A stretch of DNA of 64,000 nucleotides from a virus: positions 49,440-113,439 of IMG/VR virus record IMGVR_UViG_3300037419_001822; one strand, 5' to 3'. The notes under the pieces were generated by a model. That model did no database searches and was not told the DNA's origin. It worked only from the letters and a program-made list of their open reading frames with translations. A program made the position numbers and the translations under genes. Positions 47,701-56,503 of the stretch are shown here, piece after piece. Position 1 is the first letter of the stretch. Each line of letters begins with the position of its first letter.

Positions 47701-48309
47701 TCCGGCGGCACCGGCACCGGCCCGGTCGCCGACCAGGTGCGGTCGGTGTTCGACCTGCGCGGCTGGGGGTCCGGCGCGCAGTGGGCCGCGACCGACTACA
47801 TCGTGTCCCACGAGTCCGGGTGGAACCCGGGCGCGCAGAACCCGGTGTCTAGCGCGTCGGGCCTGTTCCAGGAGATCGACGGCACCTGGGCCGCCTACCG
47901 GCGCAGGAGCGCGGCCGGGTTCCCGCACATGCGCAACGCGCCGGTCATCGAGCAGGCCTGGGCCGGGCTGAACTACATCGCCGCCCGCTACGGCTCCCCG
48001 GCGGCGGCGCAGGCCTTCTGGGCGGGGCACCACTACTACGACGACGGCGGCATCCTCGGCCACGGCATGACCGGGTCGAACGCCTCCGGGTTCGACGAGC
48101 GGGTGCTGTCCCCGCGCCAGACGGTCGCCTTCGAGCGGCTGGTCAACGTCCTCGACCGGGGCCACGGCGCCGCCGTGGGCGGGCCGGTCCACATGACCGG
48201 CGACCTCTACCTCGACTCCGGAGAGTTCATGGGCCACGTGCAGGGCACCGTCACCGCCCTCCTTGACCGGCAGGACCGGATCGACGCCCTCTCGGTGCGG
48301 AGCGCCTGA
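41737..48309 (+). CDS. Tape measure protein (2190 aa) with C-terminal M15-like peptidase and lytic transglycosylase domains
   Basis: Ala-rich amphipathic repeats; TSAYRPG..YHGAGDAVDI..HANHVH; SHESGWNPGAQNPVSSASGLFQ. Confidence 0.93.
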   Translation: MANEDVVWVDVLPSLQSFTSNLKKGLSAALGTARSSGSEAGQAYGEGFAGRAEAALSAAQSKVQAVTKRLADAQGTLTVAQTRLAEAQAKGTTSATQLAAAHEAVQKAERNVELQTGNLTRAQAAQKSAVDLVASANRSAKDAQDSHTASIQASNKETEKAPGLIEKFSTGWIKTAAVLGTVTYAAYGIKTAFGALFSTIDVASSLNEEVNKSRVVFGDASQSVIDFAANAAKGMGESRLEALQSTGIFGNLFRAVGLTTDQSAVMSTKLVQLASDLASFNNADPSEVLLAMRAGLVGESEPMRRFGVDLSDLALRQEAMNLGIYDGTGVLNQAQKAQAAYSLLLKQTTLAQGDFVRTSAGLANSTRILKAEWTDLQGALGGLLLGPATGVVHWLNDLLPRMQSGIEGLHKFGQAFADGFSQADGAARSTGVAGVFEAIGQQARNTFDWVKSLTDQIAGAFRAGLHDAGPELAGLGGAFSNLIPVLSNVVSAWHGLITGVVQAFLPVIRDLIPVIAQLATSFATILNSALQNILPVLSVVAHALGQVAQVVADVLVKVLGQVSEILPGLTEAFSDVATTLGRGLLSVVQTLAPALATLAQTFGGVVQILAGAFLDVVKALEPVLPVLAKALSDIASALAGALADAVKAISPVLPVLAKAFADIATAVGGALAQAVQTLAPLLPPLVEAFVRLFQAAMQPLLPILPVIAKIFTDIVGALAPLVPAAAGVVGAFAQLATNVLPALAPVLGAVATTVRILAQAFEALPGPLQALVAGFVILKATLGVNIFEKAASFLSGWVGVVRSSTGAVSGAFSGMTGAVKGELATLGGAFTAAKVAQQELVASNFGLGTQAIPRAVGDLKGLEAAAGHVASQGFGAMKGAASGLVGFLGGPWGLAIAGATLGLALIIEKVQRHNEEVQKATQDVTDWYKAMAEGGPKAVQAQENLREKQEELAQAERDLADLQAHHIQDTGRAAGATTDYSTKTQALKDKIADLKGELDRGSKAYQDYYNSLTPNQKRTEDLTQAQNDLDLAFEKYGANSPQVAAASEAVRQAQEKLNQTERDQKSAVEGATGAFRDYVTAQLGAANASLGLQSGLLSASGAIDQYNKGVADGTLKGNERAQAENSLSQSIVSTVEAAGRAAAQALGPSASAADQSIASAHAQRAAFETLVGQLGFIPPSLQGVADSLGITSQSMDGVRTNGIDPLDQKFYDLAQGTLQGTVADTFRNVLPDAIGTTDESLNRQAALGGPIDQNSQAWKDYLKSLSGWGTTYDAETGQWIGATSTGLQTQAAPGGPLDQNSAAWQTYLKSLSGWGTSYDAETGQWIGAVDSALNNQAGTGGTLARNQQSWHDYVAGIAADIGGLFGFGGGAGALPGAVAHANASLDGQAAPGGPIWGNENAWHGATDNIGGYSSGLWGSGGTVPSALDNTNTWLGKQATQDLPASQKSWHDYVSGLTADILGLFGFKGGSGALPGALANGSVQLDAFQTHATGQLDIVNADFTTTASTAQTQMGLIEAHIAGPMTTSLINFSTTATTHTGIINAAFTTMQQTSSARMVDVENHIYGPMTAALVAFSTNSANTRDSIDNSYTVMRDVTSGRMVDVENHIYGPMTNSLVTLANNSWNMSGQVQNSFWAMSNGAINASNVAASGINAAWDRIKAGVAGPVNFVIVNAIGGALIPAFNNVAAAVGIAGIGVGLPSVKLAEGGQVPGLADGGQIGGAYIGPKVDNVPGIIQFGNGGAAPVRLNPREYVQPVSSVNQYGVGFMEAVRTGAFPTAIARAFADGGLIPGLATGGMTYPALEAWVRANLPGAVITSAYRPGANDYHGAGDAVDISYPGNPQSLNMPAAAKIAASFGGITELIHNPNESIKNGQVVPPSFWGAATWAEHANHVHWAMTPQALTGGGAIVGGGGPPVGIMVNGQLMTSSGQVGSYLTSAVDGALGQLPGRYGNTQLTRYLTDFTHSLTNRVFGHVQGRIDSAIAATAALSGGTGTGPVADQVRSVFDLRGWGSGAQWAATDYIVSHESGWNPGAQNPVSSASGLFQEIDGTWAAYRRRSAAGFPHMRNAPVIEQAWAGLNYIAARYGSPAAAQAFWAGHHYYDDGGILGHGMTGSNASGFDERVLSPRQTVAFERLVNVLDRGHGAAVGGPVHMTGDLYLDSGEFMGHVQGTVTALLDRQDRIDALSVRSA

Positions 48310-50498
48310 TGGTGTCCACCAGCCCCACCGTGGTCGATGTCGACGTCAACCCGGCCGACACCGACCAGCGGTACGTGCTGTGGTCCAACGGCTACGTCCA
48401 GGCCTACGGCGGGGCCCCGGCGATCACGTCCGGGCCGAACTGGTTCGACCGGGTCGACCAGCCGGTCGGGGTGGCGTTCCACATCACCGACTGGGCCACC
48501 GGCGCGGGCTACGTCCTGGACTACACGGGCAAGTTCTGGCCGCTCAACGGGGCCACGCCGATGGGCACCAACGGCTACGTCTCCGGCGTCCCGCAGTCCG
48601 ATCAGCGCAAGTACTGCGACTGGGCGTGGGATCCGGACAACCCGACCCGGGGCGCGGTGCTGGACGAGTGGGGGCAGGTCTACGTGTTCGGCGGGCTGAC
48701 CGCCTGCCCCCGCGCCGGGCGCCGCTGGTCGCATCCGAGGGCGAAGAAGTGCAAGGCGCGCTTCACCCCGGACCTGCGGCTGATCACCCTGGACATGTAC
48801 GGCGGCCTGCACGGGGACTACAACTCGGCCGGGTTCGATGACGACGACCGGTGGCCGGGCTGGGACGCCGGGCGGGACTTCTGCGTCACCGACTGGGACA
48901 ACCACAAGGGCTACGTCCTGGACCTGTACGGCGGGCACTCCGACTTCGGCGGCGCCAAGAAGGTCTACGGCTACCGGTTCAAGGAGGGCGTCGACTGCGG
49001 TCGCCGCCACCACTGCCTGGACCCGGTCAAGCTCAAGTTCTGGGTGATCTGGGACGGCGGCATCGAGTACGAGTTCACCTCCGCGCAGCCGCCGACCGTG
49101 GCCGCCGGGGGCGGCACCAACGAGCAGCAGCAGGTCACCATCACCGGCGCCCCGACCGGCGGCGGGTTCCGGCTGACCTACTCCGGGCAGACCACCGCAG
49201 CGGGCGCGCTGCTGTGGGACTCCACCGGCGACGACGTGCAGGCCGCGCTGGAGGCCCTGTCCAACATCGCCGTCGGCGACGTGGAGGCGTGGGGCGACCC
49301 GGGCGGCCCGTACACGATCGAGTTCACCGGCGCGCTGGGCTCCACCGACTTCGCGCAGATGACCGTGTCCAACACGTTCACCGGCGGCACCAGCCCCACG
49401 GCCACGGTCACCACGCTGACCAACGGCTCCGGGCAGCTCTCCCCGAGCGCCACGGTCACCACCACCTCCCGGCCGACGCTGTCCTGGTCCTACGGCGACC
49501 CGGACCACTCCGCGCAGAACGCGTGGGAGCTGTACGTGTTCACCCAGACCTACGCCTCCGGGCACGACATGAGCGACCCGTCCTCGCACGCGTCCAGCGC
49601 GGTCGCCTCGGCGGTGGGCTACCAGCCGTCCCAGCGCGGCGTCCGCCTGGCCCACGACTTCGCCAACGACGCCTACCGCTTCTTCATCCGGGTGCAGAAC
49701 AAGATCGGCCTGTGGTCGTCCTGGTCGTCGTGCGCCTGGGTGCAGAACGTGCCGCCGCCGCCCACCCCGTTCGGGCTGACCGCCGCCGTCAGCGGGTTCT
49801 CGGTCGACCTGCACGTCTCGTGCACGATCGACGGCACCGCCGACTCGGTCATCTTCGAGTACTCCGACGACGGCGGCGACACCTGGAACGCGGTGCGTGG
49901 CGCGGAGGCGGTGCCGATCGCCACCTCGGTGTCCGCGACGGACTACGACATCCCGCTCGGGGTGACCCGCACCTACCGGTCCTACATCTACAAGGCGTTC
50001 CCGCGCTACCTCTCCTCGCTGTCCAACACCCGCACCGCCACCGTCACCACGTTGAAGTACGTGCTCACCAGCGTGGACGACCCGTCGCTGGGCGGGGAGA
50101 TCCGGGTGGTCGAGGCCCCGGAGTTCACCAGCGACTCCGACGCGGGGGTGTTCAAGGGCATCGGCGCGAAGTACCCGGTCGTCGTCTCCGACGGCGTCCC
50201 GAAGGCCCGCAAGGAGACCGTCGTGGTGGAGACCAACTCCGCCGCCGAGTACGCGACGCTGATGGCGCTGGTCAACTCCAACACCACGCTGGTCTACCGC
50301 AACCCGTTCGGTGAGGTCGTCTACTGCCGCGTCGTCGGCACCGTGTCCCGCAAGCAGATCAAGCGGTTCCCGCAGGCCGACGAGCTGACCCCGCTGATGC
50401 ACTCGCACCAGGTGTCGATCCCGCTGGTCGAGATCGAGCCGCCGCTGCTGCTCGACGTCGGCTTCACCGTGCCGCCGGGACCGACCGGGCCGCAGTGA
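48309..50498 (+). CDS. Minor tail protein (Dit-like position) with propeller-like repeats and FN3-like domains
   Basis: Follows TMP; GYVLD..GG repeats; EYSDDGG; DYDIPLG; LVYRNPFG. Confidence 0.7.
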   Translation: MVSTSPTVVDVDVNPADTDQRYVLWSNGYVQAYGGAPAITSGPNWFDRVDQPVGVAFHITDWATGAGYVLDYTGKFWPLNGATPMGTNGYVSGVPQSDQRKYCDWAWDPDNPTRGAVLDEWGQVYVFGGLTACPRAGRRWSHPRAKKCKARFTPDLRLITLDMYGGLHGDYNSAGFDDDDRWPGWDAGRDFCVTDWDNHKGYVLDLYGGHSDFGGAKKVYGYRFKEGVDCGRRHHCLDPVKLKFWVIWDGGIEYEFTSAQPPTVAAGGGTNEQQQVTITGAPTGGGFRLTYSGQTTAAGALLWDSTGDDVQAALEALSNIAVGDVEAWGDPGGPYTIEFTGALGSTDFAQMTVSNTFTGGTSPTATVTTLTNGSGQLSPSATVTTTSRPTLSWSYGDPDHSAQNAWELYVFTQTYASGHDMSDPSSHASSAVASAVGYQPSQRGVRLAHDFANDAYRFFIRVQNKIGLWSSWSSCAWVQNVPPPPTPFGLTAAVSGFSVDLHVSCTIDGTADSVIFEYSDDGGDTWNAVRGAEAVPIATSVSATDYDIPLGVTRTYRSYIYKAFPRYLSSLSNTRTATVTTLKYVLTSVDDPSLGGEIRVVEAPEFTSDSDAGVFKGIGAKYPVVVSDGVPKARKETVVVETNSAAEYATLMALVNSNTTLVYRNPFGEVVYCRVVGTVSRKQIKRFPQADELTPLMHSHQVSIPLVEIEPPLLLDVGFTVPPGPTGPQ

Positions 50499-51640
50499 TG
50501 TGGCCCACCTTCGGCATCACCCGGCAGGCGCTGGGCCAGTCGCACACGATCACCGCCAAGCTCGACGTGATCCAGAACGGCCAGACCGTGTACACGCTGA
50601 CCCCCAACGACGGGTCGGTGTCCGCGTCGGCCGGGCGCGCGGTGATGCGCAACCTGGGCTGCACCGTGTCCGACCCGACCGGCGCGCTGTCCGGCTCCGA
50701 GGTGGACGACCTCCTCTCGCCGTATGACTGCGAGGTCGCCCCGTACCGGGGGATCGTCACCACGGCCGGAACCGAGTGGGTGCCGCTGGGCATCTTCGGG
50801 CTGACCGGCCGCGAGGTCACCGGCGACGGGCAGGTCACGCTGACCGGCCAGGACCGGGCGATGGTCTACCAGGGCGGCATGACCAAGCAGCTCGTGATCG
50901 GCGAGAACACGTCGATCGAGAACGCGATCCGCAAGCTGCTGAACACCCGCAAGCCCGGCATCCACTTCTACTCCTGGACGTCCGGCTACGGCTGCGGGCC
51001 GCTGATCTTCCAGCCCGACATCAACGTGTGGGCCGAGGCGCAGAAGCTGGCCCAGTCGATCGGCGGGTTCCTCTACCACGACCGCAAGGGCCGCCTGCAC
51101 CTGGCGCCGCTGGCGTCGACCTCCACCCAGATCGTGGCCCGCTACGCCGAGGGCGACGGGCTGCTGCTCGCCGCCGACCGCAAGGAAGACAGCGACACGA
51201 TCTCCAACGTCGTCGTCGTCCAGAACTCCAACCAGCAGACCTCCGGCGACGCCAACACCTACATCTCCGCCGTCGCGCAGGACACCGACCCCACCTCGGC
51301 CACCTACTACCGGGGCCGCTACGGCAAGCGGGTCAAGGTGATCACCAACCAGGGCATCACCACCGTCCAGCAGGCCCAGCAGGCCGCCGCCGCGCAGCTC
51401 GTCATCGAGCTGGGCCGCTCGGAGACCGCGCACATCCAGATCGTGCCCGACCCCACCCTCGACCTCCTCGACATGGTCTGCGTCCACCGGCCCCGGGTCG
51501 GCCTGACCGAACGCACCTTGGTGATCGAGGAGACGACCACGCCCCTCACCGCCAAGGACCCGATGGACGTGAAGTTCCGCAAGTACCTGCTCACCGAGGA
51601 CGGCCAGACGATCGAGACCAACCTGCAGGTCAACACATGA
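50498..51640 (+). CDS. Minor tail/baseplate hub protein (DUF5047/Tal-like)
   Basis: LLSPY..RGI..EWVPLGIF..GQDR..NVVVV..DTDPTSATY. Confidence 0.75.
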   Translation: MWPTFGITRQALGQSHTITAKLDVIQNGQTVYTLTPNDGSVSASAGRAVMRNLGCTVSDPTGALSGSEVDDLLSPYDCEVAPYRGIVTTAGTEWVPLGIFGLTGREVTGDGQVTLTGQDRAMVYQGGMTKQLVIGENTSIENAIRKLLNTRKPGIHFYSWTSGYGCGPLIFQPDINVWAEAQKLAQSIGGFLYHDRKGRLHLAPLASTSTQIVARYAEGDGLLLAADRKEDSDTISNVVVVQNSNQQTSGDANTYISAVAQDTDPTSATYYRGRYGKRVKVITNQGITTVQQAQQAAAAQLVIELGRSETAHIQIVPDPTLDLLDMVCVHRPRVGLTERTLVIEETTTPLTAKDPMDVKFRKYLLTEDGQTIETNLQVNT

Positions 51641-54606
51641 CGTCGGCGTCCTACATGGCCCAGGAGATCGCCGCGCTGCGCGCGGAGATCGCCGAACTCA
51701 AGGGCCAGCGCGTCACCTACATGCAGGTCGAGGTCACCTCCGTGAACGTGGGGGAGTCCACGTTCGGCGCGGCCATCCCCGACATCGAGACCGGCGGCAC
51801 GGTCACCCTGACCGGCATCGCCTCCCCGGCGCAGTTCCTGCCGCACGTCGGCGACACGGTCACCCTCGCCCTGTCCGGGGCGCAGCTCGTCTACCAGCCG
51901 CTGCGGATCGCCGACGGCACCGTCGACTCCGGGCAGATCGCCCCCGGCGGGGTGGACACCGGCAACATCGCCGACGGCGCCGTGGACGGCGACAAGATCA
52001 GCCCGGCGTCGATCACCAACATCCACCTCGGCACCGGCTCGGTCGGCGAGGACAACATCGCGTTCAACCTGTGGGACTTCTCCGGGTCCTACGTGTACCT
52101 GTCGCCGACCGCGCCGACGGTGCCCAACGGCGACGACTTCCACAGCGGCGACCTGTGGTTGCAGGACACCGGCGACACCGGCGCCACCGGGCAGCCGCTG
52201 TACCTGACCTACCGGTGGGACGGCCTGGCCTGGGTGCTGCTGCAGGATCAGGGCATCTCCCAGGCGCTGGCCGACGCGTTCGCCGCGCAGGGCACCGCCG
52301 ACACGGCGCTGACCACCGCCCAGTCGAAGATCACCACCTACTACCAGACGTCGGCGCCGGTGTCGGCCAACGTCGGCGACCTGTGGATCGACACCGACAA
52401 CGGCAACCAGCTCTACCGCTACTCCGGCTCTTCCTGGGACAGCGTGCAGGACGCGCTGATCCAGGCCGCGTACGTCGCCGCCGGGGACGCGCAGGCCACC
52501 GCCGACGGCAAGATCCAGACCTTCGCCCAGACCGACCCACCGGCCAACCCGGCCGACAACCTCGGCCTCGGTGACCTGTGGGTGGACACCGACGACTCGA
52601 ACAAGCTGTACCGGTGGTCCGGCACGAGCTGGGTGCTGGTCCGCGACGGCGGCATCACCACCGCCCAGGCCGACGCCGCCTCCGCACTCGCCGCCGCCGA
52701 GTCCGCGCAGGCCGCCGCCGACGGCAAGGTCACCGCGTTCTTCCAGACCACCGCCCCCACCTCCGGCATGGCCGACGGCGACCTGTGGTTCGACACCGAC
52801 GACTCGAACAAGATGTACCGCTTCGACGGCGGCACCTCGACCTGGGTGCTGTCGGCCGACACCCGGATCTCCTCGGCCGTCACCGCCGCCGCCAACGCGC
52901 AGGCCACCGCCGACGGCAAGATCGTCACCTTCTACCAGACCGGCCCCCCGTCGGCGACGGCGGTCGGCGACCTGTGGGTGGACACCGACGACAACAACAA
53001 GCTGTACCGGGCCTCCGCCGCCGGGACGGGCAGTTGGGTCAGCGTCCAGGACGGGCTGATCGGCACCGCCATCTCCAACGCGGCCCTCGCGCAGACCACC
53101 GCCGACGGGAAGGTCACCTACTTCGTCCAGTCCACCACCCCGACCTACACGGGCGCGGCCAACACCGCCGTGTGGATCAACACCGGCAACGACAACCTGC
53201 GGCTGACCTGGTCCGGCTCGGCGTGGGTGGCCCGCACCATCTCCACCGGCGCGCTCACCCCCAACGCGATCATCGCCTCCGACGTGATCGCCACCGGCAC
53301 GGTCACGGCCGCCCTGCTGGAGGCCACCCTGGTGCTGGCCGACCAGGCGGTCGTCGCCGGGGTGCTCACCGGCGACCACTCGGTGCTCGACCAGAACGGC
53401 TTCCACGTCTTCCAGCTCGACCCCGACGGCCAGGTCACCGAGGTCGGGCGGCTGGGCACCGGCGCCGACGACTTCCTCGGCATCGGCAACGCCAGCGGCC
53501 AGCTCGTCGCCGCCATCGACTCCAACGGCGTCGGCAGCTTCACCGGCCTGGTGGTCGACGGCGACCCGTTCTTCCAGGGCGACCGGCTGTCCTACCAGCT
53601 CTCTCTCAAGGGCGGCGCGATGGTCGCCTCCTCCTACAACAACGGCATGAACATCGCCTCGATCACCTCCCGGGTGGGGCTGGGCGAGGTGTCGTTCATC
53701 CACGACGCGAACCGGTCGTACGTCATCCACTGGAGCATCCCGCACATCTTCTCCAACGCCGCCGGGACGCGGGCGCTGATGAGCCTGCGCTGGACCGGCG
53801 ACGGCGGCTCGCCGCTGACCACCAGCGGCGTCATCGACTCCCGGTTCTTCGAGTGCAAGAACGGCTCGGACTACGTCTACAGCCCGCCCGACCTGTACGC
53901 CTACGGCAACTTTCCCGTCGCCACCGGCTCCAAGATCCGCGTGCTGGCCTGCATTGAGGCGTACGACGGGCCCGGCGACATCACGGTCTGGTCCGGGGAT
54001 GTCGACTTCCAGCGGGCGTTCCGGATGACCGTGTCCGACATGGGGCCCAACATCCCCGACACCTACATCGCCAACACCGGCGCGGGCGGGGTCACCTCCA
54101 AGACCACCTACGACACCGGCGAGCTGGCCCCGGCCGGGCACTGGTCGTACAAGAACGGCACCGGCGGCGCGCTGCGCACCGACACCACCGACGTGGTGCA
54201 GGGCCTGGACCCGTCCGGGTTCAACGGCGACGGGCACGGTGGCTGGAACTTCACCATCCCCAACATCTCCTCGGGCGCCACGGTCAACGGGGTGTGGCTG
54301 TTCCTCTACGCCAACCACACCTACTTCGACTCCGGCGGCCAGCTCCTGCTGCGGCTGGTGTCCAACGCCAACACGGCGAACCCGACGGTGCTGCAGACCG
54401 TCTACAACCCGGGCATCAACTGGCCCAAGCCGGGCGGCATCGCCATCCAGTTGCCGTCGAGCTGGAACAACAGCTTCAAGAGCAAGACCTCCATCGGCCT
54501 GTACGTCGGCCCCGGCAGCCTCGTCACCGGCGGCGGCACCAACGAGCTGTACTACGTCCGCTGGGACGGGCCGAGCGCCAGACTCAGAATCAGCTACACG
54601 CAGTGA
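51637..54606 (+). CDS. Tail tip/fibre protein with about 55-60-aa GDLW(I/V/F)DTD repeats
   Basis: Repeats of ADGKI..P..GDLWxDTD..N..YR..W; C-terminal beta domain. Confidence 0.75.
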   Translation: MTSASYMAQEIAALRAEIAELKGQRVTYMQVEVTSVNVGESTFGAAIPDIETGGTVTLTGIASPAQFLPHVGDTVTLALSGAQLVYQPLRIADGTVDSGQIAPGGVDTGNIADGAVDGDKISPASITNIHLGTGSVGEDNIAFNLWDFSGSYVYLSPTAPTVPNGDDFHSGDLWLQDTGDTGATGQPLYLTYRWDGLAWVLLQDQGISQALADAFAAQGTADTALTTAQSKITTYYQTSAPVSANVGDLWIDTDNGNQLYRYSGSSWDSVQDALIQAAYVAAGDAQATADGKIQTFAQTDPPANPADNLGLGDLWVDTDDSNKLYRWSGTSWVLVRDGGITTAQADAASALAAAESAQAAADGKVTAFFQTTAPTSGMADGDLWFDTDDSNKMYRFDGGTSTWVLSADTRISSAVTAAANAQATADGKIVTFYQTGPPSATAVGDLWVDTDDNNKLYRASAAGTGSWVSVQDGLIGTAISNAALAQTTADGKVTYFVQSTTPTYTGAANTAVWINTGNDNLRLTWSGSAWVARTISTGALTPNAIIASDVIATGTVTAALLEATLVLADQAVVAGVLTGDHSVLDQNGFHVFQLDPDGQVTEVGRLGTGADDFLGIGNASGQLVAAIDSNGVGSFTGLVVDGDPFFQGDRLSYQLSLKGGAMVASSYNNGMNIASITSRVGLGEVSFIHDANRSYVIHWSIPHIFSNAAGTRALMSLRWTGDGGSPLTTSGVIDSRFFECKNGSDYVYSPPDLYAYGNFPVATGSKIRVLACIEAYDGPGDITVWSGDVDFQRAFRMTVSDMGPNIPDTYIANTGAGGVTSKTTYDTGELAPAGHWSYKNGTGGALRTDTTDVVQGLDPSGFNGDGHGGWNFTIPNISSGATVNGVWLFLYANHTYFDSGGQLLLRLVSNANTANPTVLQTVYNPGINWPKPGGIAIQLPSSWNNSFKSKTSIGLYVGPGSLVTGGGTNELYYVRWDGPSARLRISYTQ

Positions 54607-54648
54607 AACGCTCTAGTCTCGTATCCCACGAGGAGTAAAACCCAGGGC

Positions 54649-54753
54649 GTGGCGAACCCTCCGTCCTGCATCGGCCAACTCGGCCACGACATCGACCGAC
54701 TGCGGTCCGCCGTCGCCTACCTGGAGCGGTGGGAGGGCCGCCACACCCAATAG
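54649..54753 (+). pseudogene. Remnant of an EndoVII-type endonuclease (C-terminal helix only)
   Basis: AGGAG RBS; VANPPSCIGQLGHDIDRLRSAVAYLERW resembles the EndoVII C-terminus. Confidence 0.5.
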
Positions 54754-54769
54754 AACAGGTAGGTAGATC

Positions 54770-55090
54770 GTGGGCGCTGTCGCCAATGCCGCCGCACTGG
54801 CCGTCGACCAGCAGTTCCGCAACATGGCGCTGGCCGGGCTGGTGTACACGGCGCGGACCGTGCTCACCGAGGACCCGCTGACGAACAACCACACCCGCCG
54901 GATATGGCTGGCCACCCGGGTGATCAACGCGCCGACCAGCTACGCCGACATGATCGCCTGGACGATGGCCGCCGATCCGACGATCGCCCAGGCCACCGAC
55001 GTCACCGGGGTGGACGAGACGGTGCTGCTCAACCGCATCGCGGCCACCTGGGACTACCTCGCCGGTCTGCGCGCCATCAACCTCGGCTGA
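54770..55090 (+). CDS. Hypothetical virion-associated protein
   Basis: LAVDQQFR..VDETVLLNRIAATWDYLAG; codon bias. Confidence 0.7.
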   Translation: MGAVANAAALAVDQQFRNMALAGLVYTARTVLTEDPLTNNHTRRIWLATRVINAPTSYADMIAWTMAADPTIAQATDVTGVDETVLLNRIAATWDYLAGLRAINLG

Positions 55091-55161
55091 CCCCGGCCTT
55101 CCGCTCACCCCGCGCCCCCCGGGCGGCGGGGCCCGACCCACGCCCCCTGGAGGGATCCCTC

Positions 55162-56088
55162 ATGGCCAACATCGTCCCCGGGGCGATCTGGTCGCCGATC
55201 GACGTCGGCAACCGCGCCGCCCGCCGCAAGGGGAGGGGCCTGATCGGGCACGTCGCCGTGTCCAACTCGGTCAAGCTCGTGCCCGGCCCGCTCGCCTCCC
55301 GAGCCGCCGACTGGCACTTCTACCTGCCCAAGGACCCGCAGCCCGGCGGCCGGTTCTACCAGTTCATCGACCTGGACAAGCAGTGCTGGTCCTCGGCGGC
55401 CGGGAACGCCACCTGCCCGGCGTTCGAGTCCCAGGGCGGCATGGGCACCTCGGCGCAGGTCAACGCCGAGCCGTGGACCGACAACCAGGTCGAGTCCGCC
55501 GCGATGATCCTCGCCCACCTGCACCGCACCGAAGGCGTGCCGCTGCAGGACATGGTCAACAGCCTGCCCACCAGCCGTGGGTTCGGCGTGCACCGCTACG
55601 GCATCAACCCCTGGCGGGTCGCAGGCGGCGAGGTGTGGTCCTCGTCCACCGGGAAGCTCTGCCCCGGCGACGCGAAGGTCCGCCAGGTCGGCCAGATCGT
55701 GGCCCGCGCCCAGCAACTCGTGAATGGAGAAGACGACATGCCCCTGTCCGACGACGACCTGCGGAAGGTCTACGAGGCGGTGTGGTTCGGCATCGCCGGT
55801 GCCCGCCTGATCCCCAACCTGCGCCGCGACCCGAACGGCACGCAGGGGGAGTGGCCCTACACCACCCTGGGCGCGATGGACGGCCGGATCCAGAACGAGA
55901 TCCTGCCCGCCGCGCTCGCGCCGATCATCGCCGCGCTGGCCGACCGGCCCGACGTGCAGGTCCAGCAGCAGCCCGCCACCGTCGACCCGGAGGCGCTGGC
56001 CGCCGCGCTGCTCGCCGACGACACCGCCGTGCAGAAGCTGGGCGACGCCATCGCCGCCGGGCTGGCCCGGCGCGTGTCCAACGGCTGA
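55162..56088 (+). CDS. Endolysin, N-acetylmuramoyl-L-alanine amidase type
   Basis: LIGHVAV..WHFY..YQFID..FESQG..GVHR..KLCPGD; upstream of holin. Confidence 0.85.
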   Translation: MANIVPGAIWSPIDVGNRAARRKGRGLIGHVAVSNSVKLVPGPLASRAADWHFYLPKDPQPGGRFYQFIDLDKQCWSSAAGNATCPAFESQGGMGTSAQVNAEPWTDNQVESAAMILAHLHRTEGVPLQDMVNSLPTSRGFGVHRYGINPWRVAGGEVWSSSTGKLCPGDAKVRQVGQIVARAQQLVNGEDDMPLSDDDLRKVYEAVWFGIAGARLIPNLRRDPNGTQGEWPYTTLGAMDGRIQNEILPAALAPIIAALADRPDVQVQQQPATVDPEALAAALLADDTAVQKLGDAIAAGLARRVSNG

Positions 56089-56163
56089 TCCAGGCCGATG
56101 AGTTCCGCCCCGCAGCCTCCGAGAGTGCCGCACGACAGGGGCACCAACGGGGAAGGCACGTCC

Positions 56164-56496
56164 ATGGAGACCTCCGTCCTGTCGATGCTGGTCGACGAGG
56201 TACGCGCGGTGCGGGAGACCGTCGCCCAGCTCTCCCGGGATCTCACCGAGCAGATGTCCCGACTGCCCAACGCCTACGTGCCGCGCCAGGAGGTCCGGCA
56301 GTGGGTGGACGACCTGATCATCGACATCGGCAGGGAAGAGGCCGACCGGCGCGCCGAGATCGCCGCACTGCAGGCCCAGCTCGCCGCCGTCGAGGAACGC
56401 CGCCGCGCCGACCGCTGGCAGGCCATCACCGCCGCCCTGGTCCTCGCCGGGCTCGGGCTCACCCTCCTCACCCTCGTCATCTCGCACTGGAAGTAG
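56164..56496 (+). CDS. Lysis-module membrane protein (coiled coil + C-terminal TM)
   Basis: GGAAGG RBS; YVPRQE; C-terminal TM. Confidence 0.65.
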   Translation: METSVLSMLVDEVRAVRETVAQLSRDLTEQMSRLPNAYVPRQEVRQWVDDLIIDIGREEADRRAEIAALQAQLAAVEERRRADRWQAITAALVLAGLGLTLLTLVISHWK

Positions 56497-56503
56497 GCAC
56501 GCC

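Noticed and set aside
41770-54318. Very long minus-strand and alternative-frame ORFs (954, 1138, 1147, 733, 999 aa)
   Set aside because: Shadow ORFs of high-GC3 genes; low-complexity translations with no motifs
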